Shown here in pieces: positions 61,140 through 64,000 of a stretch of 64,000 bases of DNA. Every line of letters begins with the position of its first letter. Position 1 is the stretch's first letter. The position numbers were made by a program, and so were the translations under genes. The notes below the pieces were generated by a model, which was given only the letters and a program-made list of their open reading frames with translations, did not search any database and was not told the DNA's origin. The DNA comes from Ylistrum balloti (taxonomy: Eukaryota). The DNA is taken from positions 744,001-808,000 of the forward strand of contig NW_026781943.1 of NCBI RefSeq assembly GCF_031769215.1. The letters are read 5' to 3'.

Positions 61140-63721
61140 ATGCCAGCATCTCCGAAAGATTTCATGCCAGGTGTTCCAGACTGGAGTACCGTACATGAAC
61201 CCACAGGAAAGCTCTTCAATCCCATAAAGGTAACAACTTAAGGTAACCCTTAATGGGACATGCTGAATCTTTTTGCATATTTAGAAAATAGGAGGTAATC
61301 CAATGATAGTGCAATATGGTTTATTTTTGTTCAATCTTTTGAAAGTGAAGTATTGTATTTTCATTAGTGCAATTTCAAATTTATGTGAATTGGAATTATT
61401 GTAAATTCTGGCAGTTATTTCAAACATATTATTTTTACACTTAAACAATAATTTTCCAGCTGATGATCAATTAAATTCAGCGTATTCATATATATTTTTT
61501 ATTAGTAGCTAATTTTCATTTCTTTTTATGAATATATGAGCATATCAAATTTATAATAACTTGTTAAATGTCATTCTGATGTCAGCCTCAGAAAAGTAAT
61601 AAATATTCTTCACAGAACATTTTTTTTTGCAGTGATTTTATTGCAGTATATATTATCAATGTGGTCTGCATCTTACAACATACTAATTAGTGATTATATT
61701 TATTTTATATTTACTTAATATTATTTGTTTGTAGGATAAATCAGAATGGAGCAAATTCCTGTTCAGCGATGATCAGGTGGAGAAGTTCTGGGAGGATGGT
61801 TTTCTTCTGAATGTCCCTCTGTTGTCAGAAGAAGACTGTGATAAGATTTTGACGGATTACCAATATTTCACAGTAAATATAAACATTATAGTGATTTTTT
61901 CTCATATCAAATAGCAGAAAACAGTCTTTTTTCACAATCTTACAACATATCGTTTTCCCAAAATTTTCATATCCATTTACCCAATTTTATTTAAAATATA
62001 AGCTCTTTAAGCAGACAAAGACTGCAGTGAGATTGAGGTAGAAAAAGAAACTGCTTTAGTTAAGTAAGATTTGAAGAGTCCTTTGAAACTGGTATATTCT
62101 AAAACTTTTTTGTCTGTTTTGAAATTATGAATATTTAGAACATTAAATTTTGGGATATTTTATTTTGTTGATTGTAAATGATCTATTTCATAATCAGCAA
62201 CTGATATTTTTTTAGGGTGAAAACCAACATAATGGAATGGGTATGTTGTATGAATACCATAGCAACCAGAGTGGTGATGCTAACAATGTGTTAATGCATT
62301 GTCTGGGGCATTGGAGGTTGACTGAGCTCTTCCATGATCTGGCATTCCTCCCTCAAGTTGTGGTAGGTTTTATTTTTGTGTTTTAAGTGTTCATCTGTCA
62401 TCTTTCCATTTATCACTCATGTTTATTTGGAATCAGAAAAAAATTGTCTTGGATTTTCATGTTGTTTTCTTGTAATTGAAAATCCCATACAATAACACTG
62501 GTTTTACCTAAAGTTTGATTTAATTGTAACATTGTTATTTATTCCAATGCTTTCCATTAGGGATTGAACCAAAACCTTGGCCTTGTTAGACTAACACTCA
62601 ACCAATCATCAGCTAGAAAGAGAATCTCTCTAGTAAAGCATTAGATGGCAGCTAGCATTTATCATGGGTATATTTTCAACTGCACAAAAATTTTTTTTGT
62701 AAATATTGAAGCAGGAACTACGGACCTATCCGTTGATTCATTCATCTGTCTGCAGGAAAAGGAAAAAAAGAACAGTACTGTCAATAGATGAAAGATTTGC
62801 AGTGTTACAATGCATGATACAGATGCCGAGTGTTACCCACAATTCAGGCTTCAGTGACTTAGTATAAAATCAGACTGAGAGATATTGCTTAGTCTATATA
62901 AGGAAAAATATTGGTGCTACTGGATTGTACTGGGTCAGTTATCAAAAGCAGTTGGAAATTAATTGAATAAGGAATTTGTTTTTATTTTATTCATTTTTAG
63001 TCGTTTCCAAAATTGTAAAGATGATTACAGGTAATGGTTAGAGCTCTGGAATAACTCGGAGATCCCAGAGATGTAAAGTTGTTTATTTAGAGATAATATA
63101 CAACCTGAAGACAATAAAAGACTTGTGTCAGTGGTGTTCAGTAAATAGAAGATACAGGTTTAGTAACAGATCGAAAGCTTCTAATAGTCATTGATTTAAA
63201 AATCTACAATAATTGCAATGCAGGAAACAGAGTGAAACAAAGGGCAGTAACTCTGGGAAATCAGAATGGAAACCGACGACTACAAATATTTTGCATTTAA
63301 AATAAGAAACTGATTATGATTATGGATAACATATTTTTAATTTTCAGTTATGAAACTTGGACCAATTCCTATCACTGCTTCCTAGATAACACTTGTTTGC
63401 CACTATTACTCTGTGTATTTTCTAATTGCCAAAATGTATTACACTATGATAAGTTATATCTGAAAACTATGATATATCTGCTATGTCTGCTGGAAAGCCA
63501 TGAGATATGTAAATGAACTACAGTTTCCATGAGTTGAGGCGTTGATGATGATTCTTTTTGATTAAGTACATTTGTGACTGTAGTGAGAAATATCATTTGT
63601 TCAACTATATCCTTTAGGTTCCTGGTTCACAACTGCTAGTTCAGAACAAGACAACGCCTGTACGTTTCTGGCATGACCAACTGTTCGCGAAGCCAGCAAA
63701 GCATGGAGGTGTAGTTGCCTG
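61140..63721 (+). CDS. PhyH (phytanoyl-CoA dioxygenase) family Fe(II)/2OG dioxygenase, 5' partial. Coding exons: 61140-61229, 61735-61872, 62216-62362, 63618-63721; continues beyond the window
   Basis: GT-AG introns in consistent phase. Translation includes [35 protein letters not shown]...MHCLGHWR...FHDL and [21 protein letters not shown]. The HxD iron ligand (W-H-Q-D) is expected at the start of the next exon. Confidence 0.85.
62545..62620 (-). mobile_element. Degenerate tRNA-derived SINE head
   Basis: On the - strand: TAGCTGATGATTGG (A-box-like) and GGTTCAATCCC (B-box-like, 62560-62570) at tRNA-like spacing. Confidence 0.4.
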
Positions 63722-64000
63722 GTAAGTATAGTGTTATAGCTTAAAAACTTTTGTTTTAAAAAGTTCATGAATTTCAAAAGAATTATCTTTGTACTTTCAT
63801 CTGTTATTTTGATACCACAAAGTCCATACATATTCTAATTATTTTGTGATTTTATTGAATGATCAGTATGAATATCTGGAAAAAGACTGCTAAAACTTCT
63901 ACAATACAACTAACACCACAAAGGTAGTACCAGTAATCTCCCTTGTCCTATATCAGCCACTATAGTAGCAGACTTATTGCAGTTTCAAACTCCTGTTGGG

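Overview
AT-rich, intron-rich animal genomic DNA. The SINE, MITE and HINE-like repeat motifs suggest a bivalve mollusc, possibly a scallop (inference). I reconstructed five spliced protein-coding genes by hand with GT-AG junctions and consistent phases: ARCN1/delta-COP (+, 12 coding exons, 510 aa), PAFAH1B2/3-type SGNH hydrolase (-, 5 exons, 242 aa), COX18 (+, 5 exons, 427 aa), VANGL/strabismus (-, 3 coding exons, 543 aa) and the 5' part of a PhyH-family Fe(II)/2-oxoglutarate dioxygenase (+, runs off the window). PAFAH1B/COX18 and VANGL/PhyH are head-to-head, and ARCN1 faces an orphan non-coding exon. The rest holds at least eight tandem arrays, MITEs with 6-bp, 5-bp and TA target-site duplications, tRNA-derived SINEs and HINE-like elements. 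The first 7 kb looks like decayed coding-like sequence. The most unusual feature is a ~1.1-kb minisatellite in the VANGL intron 54027-55308. It is built from the exon end plus its 5' splice site, giving about 27 extra tandem donors, and use of any donor but the first creates the same premature stop. There are no CRISPR arrays, rRNA or true tRNA genes.
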